From the human T2T-CHM13v2.0 reference genome, Homo sapiens: a stretch of 64,000 nucleotides of DNA. Shown here piece by piece: positions 12,749 to 27,290 of the stretch (the stretch's first letter is position 1; the number at the start of each line of letters is the position of its first letter). The notes below the pieces were generated by a model. It was given only the letters and a program-made list of their open reading frames with translations, made no database searches and had not been told where the DNA came from. The position numbers were made by a program, and so were the translations under genes. The stretch lies in NCBI RefSeq assembly GCF_009914755.1, contig NC_060942.1; one strand, written 5' to 3'.

Positions 12749-14960
12749 GTTTTTTTTGTTTGTTTGTTTTTGTTCTTAATAGCAGGACATCTAAGAATTC
12801 CAGTACTCAGTTTCAGACCAAAGCAGACACCTGAAATCACTGAGGTTTTAGTCCATGGTGCTTACTTTTTTTGATATTGACATTATCTGCATGTTTAAAA
12901 ATATGCATAAAATTATGGTTATGTGCATGTAAGTAAGGGTCAGATAAATAAGGGATAGAGAATGAAGTATTCACTAGCTTTGTAATAGGTTTTTAACTGA
13001 AGCTTAAAACTCCAAGCCTCAGTTATTAAAAGTTGTTTTAATGAGTATATGAGTGCCTACTTTAGGATATTTGTATAAGCATTAAACTAAAGCATGTTTA
13101 GTGATTAGCAGAGTGCTTGGATGTTAACCAAAATGCAACGCTAGCATTATTATTATTTATTAGATTAATATTCCTCCCATGAGAATTGATTGAGGCTTTA
13201 TATTTGTTTATTTTTTTCTTTTCCTTTTTGATGATCTTAGAAGTGTTCTGTTTTGAGTCATTTCTGCTTATTTATACTAGCAAGCTCTCCAGGAAATGGA
13301 CTTTGCTGCATCAACTTTAGCCATGGCATCCTAATTTAACTCAATAACAGCTAGAGTGGATACTATAATTTTTAGTGAAATGGTGCTATGTCCTGAGGAG
13401 GGTGGAAGACAAAATATCCAATATCTAAGGGGGACAGTTAGAATAGTAACATACATTTCTGTAATACGACCTGTCTAGTGGAAGAGATGGATAGCAAATT
13501 GTTAGCTCCTTTCCTAATGCTCCTTCCTTCTTCAGTCTTGATTCATCATCCAGAAATAGTCTCATCATTTTCAACCAATGGGGTAAGAATGAAAGAGAAC
13601 ATATTTCAAGGTTTTCTAACTTTTAAAACACAGATATTGAGATTACATGGATTAAAATGGCTACATTTGCAAGAATGGCTTATTTTATGAATTACACAGG
13701 CTGGGAGATACTTGTCTGGAAAACGAAGCTACTGATCTTTTAAGAGGAGGCTCTTGGCAATCTGCCTTCACTCTATTTTGCTCTGAGTTACCGACACTTT
13801 CTACTTACTCTCTGCTATCTGCTGACTATCTGGGAAAAGCCTGGCTTTTCCTCTAAATTGAAAGCAGATCTCTGATCTTGAAAGTAGAAAACACTTAAAA
13901 TAAAAAAAAGAAACAAACAAATAACAATACATAACACCTCACTTCCTCATTTTGACAAGTTAAAGTTATTTTAAAATCCTCTAGTCATTCTCACTGCAAG
14001 ACACAAAATTTTAGGTAAGAAACAGGAATATTGCTTCAAAGTAAAAAAACAAATGTCCTAAAATAATATCATTATATATTTCTGGAATCGTTATTGAGTG
14101 GATTATCCTCTCTACCTTCAATGCAGTTGTGAATAAATCTATCCGAATATTCCAAAGTCGAGATTGTTCTTAAAAAAAAAAAAATTCAAGCACTTGAAGA
14201 AGCCTATGAGTGCTTTCATGCCGTGCAGACAGTGGGGCCATGTGTGTACTCTAAAGCACGTGGCTGTGTTTGCTGCAGACAGATTGCAACAGTCTGACTC
14301 TGAGGGCGCTTCCATCAAGGCCATCATTTTTGATGTAGATTGGTAATTACCCAGCATGCTGTCTTGAATTCAGTCTCAAGCTGTTTGTATTCCTTTTTAC
14401 TAATTCCACCAAATATTTTCGTATCTTAAATTGCATTAACAGTAGAGAGGCTGTTAGAGTGCCAAAGTACATTTTGAATTATTAAATTGATTTATATCTT
14501 CATTATTTCTTAACAATTATTAAGGATAAAGAGAAGAGAATCTTCTCTCAAGAATTCCTGTGCCCACAGGGAAAGGTTCATAGTTCATCTCATCCTCAGG
14601 TAAGTTTTATAAGTTGTTGATTCTGCATTTTAGATTAGCTCATTCATTCATTCATTTATTCAATTATTCAATAAATAATACATTTGTTAATGTGTTCTGT
14701 GAGCCATACATTGGAGGTTTGGCAAAAATGCAATAAACCTCGTTCCTTTTCTTAAGGAACTTTTACTTGGAATGACTTCCTCATCTCAGCTCACAGATTT
14801 CTCCTGTTTCCTCACTTGGTCAACTTCTCCAGACCCTTTAATTTGTATACAAATATTCCCTGCTCTGTGAATCTTTTCCTGATTTCATCCTAAAACTTGG
14901 TAGCTCTTGTTTTCTATCTACTTCAATGTGCAAATGTCCATTATAACAATTACTTTAGGG

Positions 14961-15146
14961 CAGTGGTTTTCAGAGAGCAGTCCTTAGACCAGCAGCATCA
15001 GCATCTTGTGGGAACTGGTTTGATGTGAATTACTGGGCTGCTTCCTAGGCCTGCTAAATCAGACACTGGGGCTTGGGCCCAGCAGTCTACATTTTTACAA
15101 ACCCTATGGTGATTCTGATGCAAAATAGAAGCTGAAAAAAATACTA
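14961..15146. mobile_element. MER5A (hAT-Charlie) inserted in an L2 remnant
   Basis: CAGTGGTTTTCA...ACCAGCAGCATCAGCATC...GGGCCCAGCAGTCT...GGTGATTCTGATGC; partial 8-bp TSD CTTTAGGG/CTTTCGTG. Confidence 0.8.
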
Positions 15147-16003
15147 CTTTCGTGTATTGCAATTTCAAATTGCTGTGTCTGTCTTTCCACTAAATTGTAA
15201 AAAACTTGAATGCAGGGATGATGTCTTTTCACCTTGAAAAACTGAAGTACTGAATACAGTAATTTGTTGAAAAATCAATTAAAACCTCATTATGAGGCTT
15301 TATTCTTTTAGATTAGTATTCTTTTCCTCCAGAAACCTCAACTGATATACACATGTACCAAGGAGACATATTATTGAGGTAGAAGGAGTACAACCCATTA
15401 GCAATCATTAACACCTAATGGAGTGTGAGGCACCATGGTTTATTAGACAGTTGTTGAGTTAATTAGCAATCAAACTCTGATTCTAGTACTTTAGCCAGAG
15501 AAAATTAACCACCCTTTTTGAGTCTTGATTTTCTTACCTGTAAAACACCAATCATAACAAATAAATCACAGGATATCCATGAACATAAGATGGAAAAATG
15601 TATGAATAAAATCCCAGTAGTATATATTGTTAGTCACAGAGTTCTGGTTCCTCTGAGAATCTTGAATTCTCTGTTGAAGAAGAGGATCTTATTTTCTATT
15701 TTCAGCTTCTTTGCTCAATATTTCAGGACATAAACCTACCTACCAGTTGCCTTGAATGGGGAAGCTATGCAAGATACATTTCTGAGACAGGATGTTGTAG
15801 TTGGCCTTAAGAAGAAGGAATTAGAATAGATATCAAGAAAAAAAAATAAGGTAGTACAACAGATTCAATATGTCTGAGAGTTATAGATAATATGATTGAA
15901 TGTGTTCACATGGGTAGCAAATACAAAAATAGTGCTGGGTTTAAGGCCCTTCATGTTGCACACCAGTAAAGATGGATACACACAGTTTTAAAAGAAAGAT
16001 AAA

Positions 16004-16005
<2 letters not shown>

Positions 16006-16036
<31 letters not shown>
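16006..16036. repeat. (TG)15 microsatellite
   Basis: Direct reading. Confidence 0.97.
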
Positions 16037-16040
<4 letters not shown>

Positions 16041-16199
16041 TCTTCTCTATTTCAAGGCTGTTTAGCAGGAGAATAGCGTCTTCTTCAATTGCAAAATTAA
16101 TGTAAAATTTGCCATAGAAAATCAAAATTGCAATAGCTTATCATTTTGAGCATACTACTTAGTTGCTATACTAAATTTTACAGATCTTTTCTCTCATTT

Positions 16200-17180
16200 C
16201 AGAGCTAGCTGCATAATTTGTAGGACCCCATGCAAAATAAAAATGAGGAGCACTTTGTCAAAAAATAGTGAAAGATCGCTATTAAAGATACTAAAATGAA
16301 AAAGGTTTTCCTAACTTCTAGACTCTGTCTAGGTTTTCCGTGATGTTTTCAAAAATTTGCTATTTAATGTCATTGTAAGCTAAAGAAAAACTAAGCTTTT
16401 AAATTACTGGTGAATTTTGCTTTTCATATTCATATTGTGTGATGTCCATTTAACTCATCTATAAAATTACTGCAGTTACACAACATGTACTTTTTTTTAG
16501 CTTGTGCACGCGTATACCCTTTGTTCTTATCATAACAGTAGAAATGCTACACAAAACTAACTCACCTGTTCTATTTCATCTCCTTGGTAAAGTAAGTGCA
16601 CAGTCTGCCAATACTCTGTCTTTGGTTACTGGTGAGTAAGTACTGAAAGTAATAAGAACTGTATGTGGCTCTTCCCTTTCGCCTTATGTTCTCTTTTTCA
16701 GCCTAAGTAACACCAGTCAGAGAGATATAATAAGGTTCCTTGGTCAGTTGGGGCTTTTTGGAACACATTGACTTCTTTCTGTGTTTTAAATAAGTTCTGT
16801 TTCTAATGGAAGGTGTGGCTTTTTGGATTGTCGTTTTCCCCACCTAGTCATGGATGTAACATGCTTACTCTGTACTCACCTTGAGTCTTCCTGGCCTCCC
16901 ATGAACCACAGGTCACCAGAAGTGTGTGCTCATGGGGCATTGCAAACGCTATATGAGAATGAGGTGTCACAGAACAGTCTCCATGCATGTTATGTGTATG
17001 TCCCTCTGCTCACATGTATCCATCATCACCCCATTGCAGTTTGCTTACAAAACAAGTTCAAAAGTAAAATTTATAAGAATTTTAATACGGCAAGAGAGAA
17101 GTTTTGAACCATATTTGCAGTCCTTCGAGAATGGGGCCCTGAGCAACTGCTCGGGTCCCATGTCAAGGAAGCCATCCCTG
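16200..17180 (-). mobile_element. MER45B/C-type hAT-Tip100 element, both ends intact
   Basis: Ends CAGAGCTAGCTGCATAATTTG... and ...GGGGCCCTGAGCAACTGC...GAAGCCATCCCTG; perfect 8-bp TSD TCTCATTT at 16192-16199 and 17181-17188. Confidence 0.85.
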
Positions 17181-17234
17181 TCTCATTTCATCAGGAAGTA
17201 GTGTGGCTGTGCCAGCCTATTAGGTAAGCACAGC

Positions 17235-17575
17235 TGCATTTCCACTGTATAAATTAGGACACAAAGGCACAGTTGGAAACTCATGGATGGGGATTTGATT
17301 TCAGACAGCCAGGCTCCAGAGCCCATGTTTTTAACCACTATTTTCTATATTGAGGTGGCACAATTTTTAGCATTTGCTGTATTATGTACCAGGTATTGTT
17401 CCAAGGACTTTATGAATATTAACTGATTCAATCCTCACAACAACTCTGTTAGGTGTTAGACTATTATGCCCAATTTACAAATGAATAACCCAAAGTTCAA
17501 ATAATATCAATGTATACCCAGCTCATAAGTAGTGGAAGTAGATTCAAACCCAGGCAATTGGCTCTGAAGCCCTTT
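17235..17575 (-). mobile_element. Two adjacent MIR fragments
   Basis: GGGATTTGATTTCAGACAGCCAGGCTCCAGAGCCCATG; AATCCTCACAACAACTCTGT...GATTCAAACCCAGGCA. Confidence 0.7.
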
Positions 17576-17878
17576 CTTATTACCAAGCTAATTCTCCACA
17601 GGATTGTTTGCTGCAGGCAGAAATATTGCCATAAAGCAGGTATTCAACACAATTATTTTTTTCTGTATTCATTAAATTCCTTTTTAGAAAATAAATACTT
17701 TTCATGAGCTTGCTGAATAAAACAAAAGTGAAGACTGTAAAAAGCACCACTTATCTGTGTATAGGATATTGCTAGTAGATGGCAGGAGCATTGAGTTGTG
17801 ATTAATTCTTGACTGGATTAACAGAGTAGTTGGTGGGTCCTGAGTGCTATAGGGAAAAGACAAAGGAAAGAAAAATAG

Positions 17879-18340
<462 letters not shown>

Positions 18341-19632
18341 TGACAAGTTTCATACATAGGGGCCTGTTAAAAACCCTTTTGTACAAAGGAATTCTCAGAA
18401 GAGCTTCTGGTAAATTACAGTTTTCATTTTCAAACACTAATAAACATGATTGTATCTAATTGCAGACTAGAAGAAACCTCCAGTAATTTTCTTTAGCAAT
18501 ATTGTGTCAGATAGTCAAACTGGAAATAATCAATTATGTTATTCTAAGCTATATTTATAATAATTGCTACATCTCCTGCACACAAATATTACATTTTTCC
18601 CTTCTGATTTTGCTCTTTAAACTACATCGCTGAACTCAAAATTTTGCTAACTTAACTACTATAGATTTAAAATGACAGTAATTTCATTTGGGAGATTGAA
18701 TCTTAATATTCCAGATCTCAGTATTTTCGGTAATTAGACAAAGTCTTTATCTTAATACAATGGTAATTAGGAATGGTCATATTGTCTCTGATTTTCTCTG
18801 ACAAACTCAATTATATATTAATCTAGATCCAAAGATATGATTTACTTTACATAACAGATGAACTGAGTTGCAAAATTAAGCTAAAATAAAAAGATGCACA
18901 ATGAGTGTTTTGGAAAAATGTATAAATGAATCAACTCACTGGCAAATATAAATGTTGTCATTATGTAATATTTTACATAATGAATTTTCATCTTACAAAA
19001 TGGTAGTTTCATGTAAAATTAGCTCAACTTTTATTCATTAATTTTCAATAAGACAATCAATGTCAATATGTGACTCCTTTGATTCACATTTTCGTCTGTT
19101 CGTTACCTGCTTTGGAATCAAAGAATCAGATTCCATTTTTATAATATCAGCTTTAATTTCTACATTGCAACTGTAGATCCCAAACTTAGCTTTGTTATGC
19201 TACTGTGAACCGTTTGAATACGTCATGATCTCAAATTTATAATAATGAAAAATACAGAACACTAATCTGCTTAAAAACAATTCATATCTTTCCAATTTAC
19301 CAAAATCTATCATTTCTAAGGGCAACATTTTATTGAATCACTCTTTATGTTCTATGTGTATATATGTATGTATATATTGATAAGAGATACAATCTTCCCA
19401 AGCTTTTTGAATTTCTAATTTAAAATAGTGTGAATTTGTGAAATTTTCTTCATTCTTTCCTAAGCCTTCATAAGAACAAAAATAATGGGGCTGTGGTGTA
19501 AAAGACACCAGCCCGCAGAAGATTTCAACAGGTACCTAGAACACAGAAAGTGGATGGATACCTGTAAAAGCATAAAAGGGAGTACAGGCAATCACTCAGA
19601 ATAAACAGCAACACCCTCAGTGGGAGGAGCTG

Positions 19633-19926
19633 AACTCTCTGATGAAACTTTCCTGGGTGTTTTTCTGCTAAAGCTTCAGCAAACTTTCTCAAGACACTCC
19701 CATAATAAGCAAATGTCATTTTTCTTTGACCCTTAAGAAAGTGTTGCCATGACCTTTGCTCTTGATGGTCCATTTTGCTTTTACTGGGCCACTTCCTCCT
19801 CTTGGTAGCTATTGGATTGACTGTGTGCTGTCTTCAAGATTATACTGGTAAAACCGTATTCCATCTCCTGTTATAATTCTTCAAAGAAATTCTTGAGGAC
19901 CTTGATCCCACTTGTTTAAAATTTCC
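19633..19926 (-). mobile_element. HSMAR2 mariner transposase internal fragment
   Basis: Minus strand reads EILNKWDQGPQEFL*RIITGDG..YQYNLED...LPRGGSGPVKAK, then FLKGQRKMTFAYYGSVLRKFAEALAEKHPGKFHQRV, matching the Hsmar2 catalytic domain. No TIRs. Confidence 0.9.
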
Positions 19927-20213
19927 CAAAAACAAAATCACAAATGAAAAAGGAGTTATCACAATGAGTACCACAGAAAATAAAAGTATAATTAGAGATT
20001 ACTATGAACAATTTATATGCCAATAAAATAAAAAACCTAGAGGAAATTGATAAATTCCTAGACACATACACCCTATTAAGATTGAACCAAGAAGAAATAG
20101 AAAGCCTAAACAGAGTAATAAGTAATAAGATTGACTCAGTCTTCCCCCCAAAAAATCCAGTACCAGATGCCTTTACCACTGCATTCTATTGAACCTTTAA
20201 AGAAGAAACAACT
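19927..20213 (+). mobile_element. L1 (L1PB/L1MA-like) ORF2 internal fragment
   Basis: ORF 20004-20192 [34 protein letters not shown]...PDAFTTAFY matches ORF2 between EN and RT. Confidence 0.9.
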
Positions 20214-20735
<522 letters not shown>

Positions 20736-21590
20736 GAAAAATATCACAGGCATAGGTAGTTTCCTTAATTGTCTGAAAATACCAGACACTGTCAGGTTTA
20801 CTACATTAAACATAACAAAAAATGGAAAGAAGGGGATAGGAGAAGTATACCTAATTATCTTCTGTGATGGAGTCATTTCCAATTGATGACCTGACATGGA
20901 GAGACGCAAGCAGGAACTAGAGGAGCAGCTAGCTACATACGGAAGACTCCAGGCAGTGGGACTGTGAGTGAGGAAGGTTAGAGCAGAAGCCGACACTTTC
21001 CATTTTGAATTCTTCTGTACTGTGTTTAATTTAGTAGTTTCAAAATATGTGTGTGTGTTGCTTGAATAGAAAACAAAATGGCCAAAACATTCCCACTATC
21101 ATACAATAATATGTGAGGAGTACAGGGATCTCCCTGCAATGGTCTCAGCCTACAGTAAAAGGCGTCATACTTTTTAACACCAGGACGACTTGTCAGTTCC
21201 ATCAGAAAAGTAGTCCAAGGTGGGAAAAATTTAGTCAAATAGGGAATTAGATGTCATTGGGTTTTTTTACTTGTAATTTTGCTGGTCAGTTAGTCAGAGA
21301 TAATCCTGGGAAGAATTGTGCAGTCAATAAGAGTCCTTATTCATTTTTAAAATTTGTCATTGTTCTTTTCCTTCTCCTTTAAAGCATCTCACCCCTCCCC
21401 CTCCTTCTGGAATCCAAGTATTCAAGGGCGTCACCTCTTTCTTTTTTTTCTCTGGTTGTATTTTTCAGATCACTCGTCTCTGCTCTATCTTATTATTCAT
21501 GACAGCTACTCTCACTAAAACATCTTCCTCCCAGCTAATTCCTACTTCTGTCCCTAAAACTTTAAATCCTTTGATGTATGTAACAGATAC

Positions 21591-21965
21591 TTTATTTTAT
21601 TTTATTTTTCAATAGCTTTAGTGGTGGTACAAGTGTTTTTTCGTTATATAGATGAATTGTATAGTAGTAAAGTCAGGGATTTTAGTGCACCTGTCACCCG
21701 AGCAGTGTACATTGTACAAAATAGGTAGTTTTTTTTCATTCCTCATTCCCTTCCACTGTCCCCCTTTCTGAGTCTCCAATGTCCATACACTACTCTGTAT
21801 GCCTTTGCATACCCGTAGCTTAGCTCCCACTTACAAGTGAGAACATGCAGTGTGTGGTTTTTGATTCCTGAGTTACTTCATTTAGAATAATTGGCCTTCA
21901 GTTCCATCCAAGTTGCTGCAAAAGACATTATTTCATTCTTTTTTATGGCTGAGTAGTATTCCATG

Positions 21966-22003
<38 letters not shown>

Positions 22004-23672
22004 TGCATTTACTTTATCCATTCATCAGTTATCAGTTGGTGGGCATTTAGGTTGACTCCGTATCTTTCCAACTGTGAATAGTCCTGTGATAAACATATGG
22101 GTGCAGGTGTCTTTTTGATATAATGATTTTTTTTCCTTTGGGTGGATACCCAGTAGTGAGGTTGCTGGATCAAAAAGTAGATCTATTTTACTTCTCTGAG
22201 GAATTGCCATACAGTTTTTCATAGAGGCTGTACTAATTTACATTCCCATTAGCAGTGTATAAGTGATCCCTGTTCACCACATCCATGACAACATGTATTG
22301 TTTTTTGACTTTTTAAAAATGGCCATTTTGGTTGGGGTAAGATAGCATCTCATTATGGTTTTAATGTGCATTCTGTGATGATTAGTGACGTTGAGCATTT
22401 TTTCATATGTTTGGTGGCCATTTGTATATCTTCTTTTGAGAAATGTCTATTTATGTCTTTTGCCGACTCTTTAAGGAGATTATTTGTTTGTTTTTCCTTG
22501 CTAACTTGAGTTCCTTTTAAATTCTGGATAATAGTCCTTTGTCAGATGCATAGCTTGCAAATATTGTCACCCATTCTGTAGGTTATCTGTTTACTGTGAT
22601 AATTATTCTGTTGTGCAGAAGCTTTTAGTTTAATTAGGTCCCATTTATTTCATTTTGTTTTTGTTGCAGTTGCTCTTGGGGTCTTATTAATAAATTCATT
22701 GTCTAGGCAAATGTCCAGAAGAGGTTTTCCTATGTTTCCTTCTAGAATTTTTATGGTTTCAGGTCTTGGACTTAAGTATTTAATTCATCTTGAGTTAATT
22801 TTTGTGTATGGTGGGAGATAGAGATCCAGTTTCCTTCTAGTACCTGTGGTTATCCAATTTTGCCAGCACTATTTATTGAGTAGGGTGCCTTTTCCTCAGT
22901 TTAGGTTTTGGCATGCTTTGTTGACGATGAGTTGGTTATAAGTATTTGGCTTTATTTCTGGGTTCTCTATTCTGTAATATTGTCTTGTGTGTCTATTTTT
23001 ATACCAGTACCATGATGGTTTGGTTACTATAGCCTTGCAGCACAATTTGAAATCAGGTAATGTGATGTCTCTGGATTTGTTCCTTTTGCTTAGGATTGTG
23101 TTGGGCATTCAGGCTCTTTTTTGGTTCTATATGAATTTTAGGTTTGCTTTCGCTAATTCTATAAAAGTTATGGGATGTTGATAGGAATTTCACTGGATCT
23201 GTAGATTGCTTTGGGCAGTATGGTCATTTTCCTGATATTGATTCTTCCAATCCATGAGCATGGGATGTATTTCCATTTGTTTGTGTCATCTATGATTTCT
23301 TTCAGCAATGTTTTGAAGTTCTTTATAGACCTTTCATCTCCTTGGTTAAGTAGATTACTAGGTATTTGATTTTCTTTTTGTAGCTCTTATAATAAAAATG
23401 ACTGAGTTCTTAATTTGATTCTCAACTTGTTTGTTGCTGGTGTATAGCAGTGCTACTAAATTGTGTACCTTGAGTTTGTAATCTGAGACTTTACTGAATT
23501 CATTTTTGGAAGAGTCTTTAGAGCTTTCTAGTATAAGATAATATCATTGGTGGAGACAATTGACTTGCTATTTTCCAATTTGGATGCCCTTTATTTCTTT
23601 CTCTTGCCTGATTGTTCTGGCTAGGACTTTCTGTACTATGTTGAACAGAAGTGGTGTAAGTAGGCATCCTTG
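21591..23672 (-). mobile_element. L1PB-type 5'-truncated L1 (3' part of ORF2 plus 3' UTR)
   Basis: Minus ORFs 22896-23108 (ILSKRNKSRDITLPDFKL..KAIVTK.SWYWYKNRH) and 22025-22222 (DLLFDPATSLLGIHPKE); L1PB-like 3' end. Contains (TG)16 at 21967-21998. Confidence 0.93.
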
Positions 23673-23885
23673 TTTTAATAACAATATATTCTACTTTTGA
23701 AAAATACTATAAGAGTAGATTTTAGGTGATCTCACCAGAAAAAATGATATCTACTTGGTAACTCATATGTTAGTTAGCTCAATTTAATCATTTAATAGCA
23801 TCTATATATCTCAAAACATTACATTGGGAATTATAAATATATACAATTTTACTTGTCATTTTAAAATGAAGTAAAATGTTAAAAA
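23673..23885 (+). mobile_element. L1MA 3' end fragment
   Basis: TTAATAACAATATATT...AAGAGTAGATTTTAGGTG.TCTCACCA...TATGTTAGTTAGCTC. Confidence 0.75.
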
Positions 23886-24574
23886 AGACTGCCCTAGAAG
23901 AGAAGATTCAGTATAAATAGAGGGCCAAGATACAAATTGTACTTATATATGCATAATAGCTAATTGCAATAGCTTCTCCTTTAAATTGTTACATGTGAAT
24001 AGTTGGTTCACTAGAGAAGAGTTAGCTATTATTTAAATGTGTCAAATACTGGGTTCTCTCTCTCATTTTATTGAAAGTCTATTTGGCTCAGTTATTATGA
24101 GTATGTTTTACTTTCTCAAATATGTTTTACTTTCTTCTTTCAACTTCAAAAATTTAAGAGATCTGATTAGTACAGAAGTTGTCTTCAGATCATTAGAGAA
24201 TCCTTACTGGCAATGATAAAGCAAGACCCATTTTGACATAACAACACTGAATCAATCATTTTCTAGTACCTTACCAGTTGGCCTCCCCATTGCTTCCTTC
24301 CTGGCTGTTACAGGTGGGTTTGTAAAACAACCTTCTTCCAAATTCTACTATTGATTGAATGTAATTTGCTGAGAAGCAAAATCATAATAACAATAATAAA
24401 AATAATTAACTAAACTAAAACCCTTCATATTTAGACTTTGCTTTTGACTTAGACTTACACAGCATCTTTCTGTAGTCCATTGAACATGTATGGTATATAT
24501 TTTCTTGTCATAATCACTAATGTGTGTTGGAGCAAGAGGGTACAATAGGAAAAAAAGGGTAAGAGTATTTTACA

Positions 24575-27290
24575 TTTTTAAAATTCAATAGTGTGTATAT
24601 ATAAATAGAAATTCAATTAGTGTGATATACTAATAGAAAAGTCCACAAGTGATCATTGTATAGATCAATGACTTTTCAAAACCAAACATATCCTTGTAAC
24701 CAACACCTGTACCAAGAAACAGAGGCTTCTACCTGCTCTCTCCCAGTTGTTACATCCTCCCTAAAGCAAAAAGTTTCATTGACTTGTAACATCATAAAAT
24801 AGTTTTTCCTGTCTTTGAACCTTACAGAAATAGAATCACAGGGTATATAGTCATGCTTGTCTGCTTTCTTTCACTCAACAATGTGTTTGTGAGACCATAT
24901 TTATATTTATGAAAAAAATACAATGTTTATGGAACCAGGTTATTTTACACATTCATCTTCATCAATTGACTCTGTATAAAGGTACCACAATATTATGTTA
25001 GTGCATCTATAAACATTCTTCTTTATATCTTATGGCTAATAGATACACACAATGCGTGTGGAAATGTGTGCAGAAGTAAAATCTGTGTTATCAGGTGTAT
25101 TACGTAGGTTCAGCTTGAGTAGTGAATACCAAAGTCTGGTCCAAAATCATTGACCAATTTCCATATCCCCATAGTGTAATAGTGTATAATAGTTCTAATT
25201 CCACTTTCTTGCCAAAATTTACTATTGGTTGTCTTTGTCATTTAAGTTATTCTGGTGGGAACACAGTAGCAATTAACTTGATTTTAATTTGTACTTTTCT
25301 GGTTACTAATGAAATTGAGCACATTTTCATGTATTTATTGACCATTTAGATATCTGTTTCTGTGAAGTGCAATCTATTAATTGTGTTGTCTGATTTTTTG
25401 GTTTTGATTTGGAGTTTTTAATATATACTGAATATACATTCTTTGTTGTCTGTAATTACAGTAAATCTCTTATTCCACCTCGGGCTTGCTTTTAAAATTC
25501 TTTTAAAATTTTAGTGGTGTCATTGATGGAGAGAGTCTGTTAGTATTAATACATTATACCTTATATCTCTTTAAATTAATGATTAGTGCCTTTTGTATCT
25601 AGTTTAATAAATCATTCTCTAAGCACAGGCACTTTTTAGTACTCTTTTCTAATATCTTTCGACTTTTTCATTTTCATATTTTTAAAATTCCAGTGATCTT
25701 CGGTTTAGTGTGAGGTAGGTAACAATATGATATTCAGTTACCCTAGCACCAATTATTAAAAAGACCATCCTTTCCTAGCCACGTGAAAAGGTCACCTTTG
25801 TCATTGAAAAACTATTCAGATATATGTAGGTTTTTCTTTTCCTAACTGTCTACTCTTCCATTATTCGATTTGTCAACACTTTCAATAGTATCACATGGTC
25901 TTAATTACAGCGGTTTTATTATAATTTTGGACATGTGGTATTGTATGTTCTCCTCTTTTTATTCATGCTTGGCTTTTCTAATCTTAGTCATTAGACCTTT
26001 CATTACAATTTAAATTGTCAACATTTACAATAAGAAAAAAACTGCTACAACTTTGAGTGTCACTGAATTGAATCTGCATATTAATTGGGGAGAATTGACA
26101 TCTTGAAAATTTTGAGTCATCATGTTCATACACATAAAATGTCTTTCCCTTGATTTATATCTTCTTTCATTTCTCTTAATATTTTAAAACGTTGTTTCAT
26201 TATGGATTTCTTACAGATCACTTGCTAGACTTACTCCTAAATATTTCATGGTTATTGCTGCAATGCAAATGATAATTCCATGTTTAATTTTACTTTTGAT
26301 ATGATCGTTTTAATTTTATTAGGAATACATTTGATTGTAAATATTGTCCTATATTTAACCACCTTGCTAAATTCACTTGTCAGGTAATATATCAGTAAGT
26401 ATCTTGGATTTTTTGGTACACAAACATGTAATCTGTAGATAAGGAGTGCTTTATTTGCTTCACTATCCTTATAAATTCTACTTTTGTTTTTACCTTATTT
26501 TACAGACTAAGATGTCCAAAATAATGCTGAATAAAAGTGACAAAAAGGCTTTTACTGCTCACAGAGACAAATTATTTAAGTATTTTATCATCAGTTTGTT
26601 TTAGGTAATTGTTTTATAGATGCTTTTCAATAAATAAGGACATTTTCTTCCATTTCTAATTTGATAGGAGTTCTCATCATTTACTTATGCTGAATTTTTT
26701 TAATGCCTTTTCTTCGTTATAGAATTCATTATATGATTTTCCTCTCTATTTTTGACAATGTGGTGAATTATAATTAAGAATATTGAAATATAAAGCCATC
26801 TTTGCATTCCTCATATAAGTCCAAATTTATAGTAATGTATATTTTTCTATATCAATTTTTTTATTTCCAAATATTTCATTTAGTTTGCAAGTACTCATGA
26901 GACAGATTGTCCTATAATTTATCTTTCTTGTAATATCATGGCAATTTTGCTTCCAAGTTTGTGCTTAACTCATAACAGAAGAAAATTGTTTTTGTGTTTC
27001 TTTTCTGAAGGAATTTATGTACGATTATTATTATTCCTTTTTAAATACTTAAAAGGATTTACTGGTGAAGCAATACAGAGCTAATAATTTCTCCATGGGA
27101 AATATTTTATTACAGATTAAATGTTTTTAATAGATCTTGGGTTTAACATTTTTTCTTTTTCACGTGTTTTTAAATATGTATTTTTATAGGAATTAGCTTA
27201 TTTCATTTACAATTCAAATTTATAAGCAGAGTGGTTAATAATGTCCTCTGATTTTTATAATAACTGAGGTCTGTAATGAGTCTTTAGTTT
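24575..27290 (-). mobile_element. Old, degraded L1ME-type element
   Basis: Antisense L1 phrases TTTCTTTCACTCAACAATGTGTTTGTGAGA, TTCTGGTTACTAATGAAATTGAGCACATTTTCATG, TTGGGGAGAATTGACATCTTG. Confidence 0.75.

Noticed and set aside
23660-23885. Possible twin-priming 5' inversion of the L1PB
   Set aside because: The opposite-strand piece is the 3' end of an older L1MA, not the upstream continuation of the L1PB ORF2.
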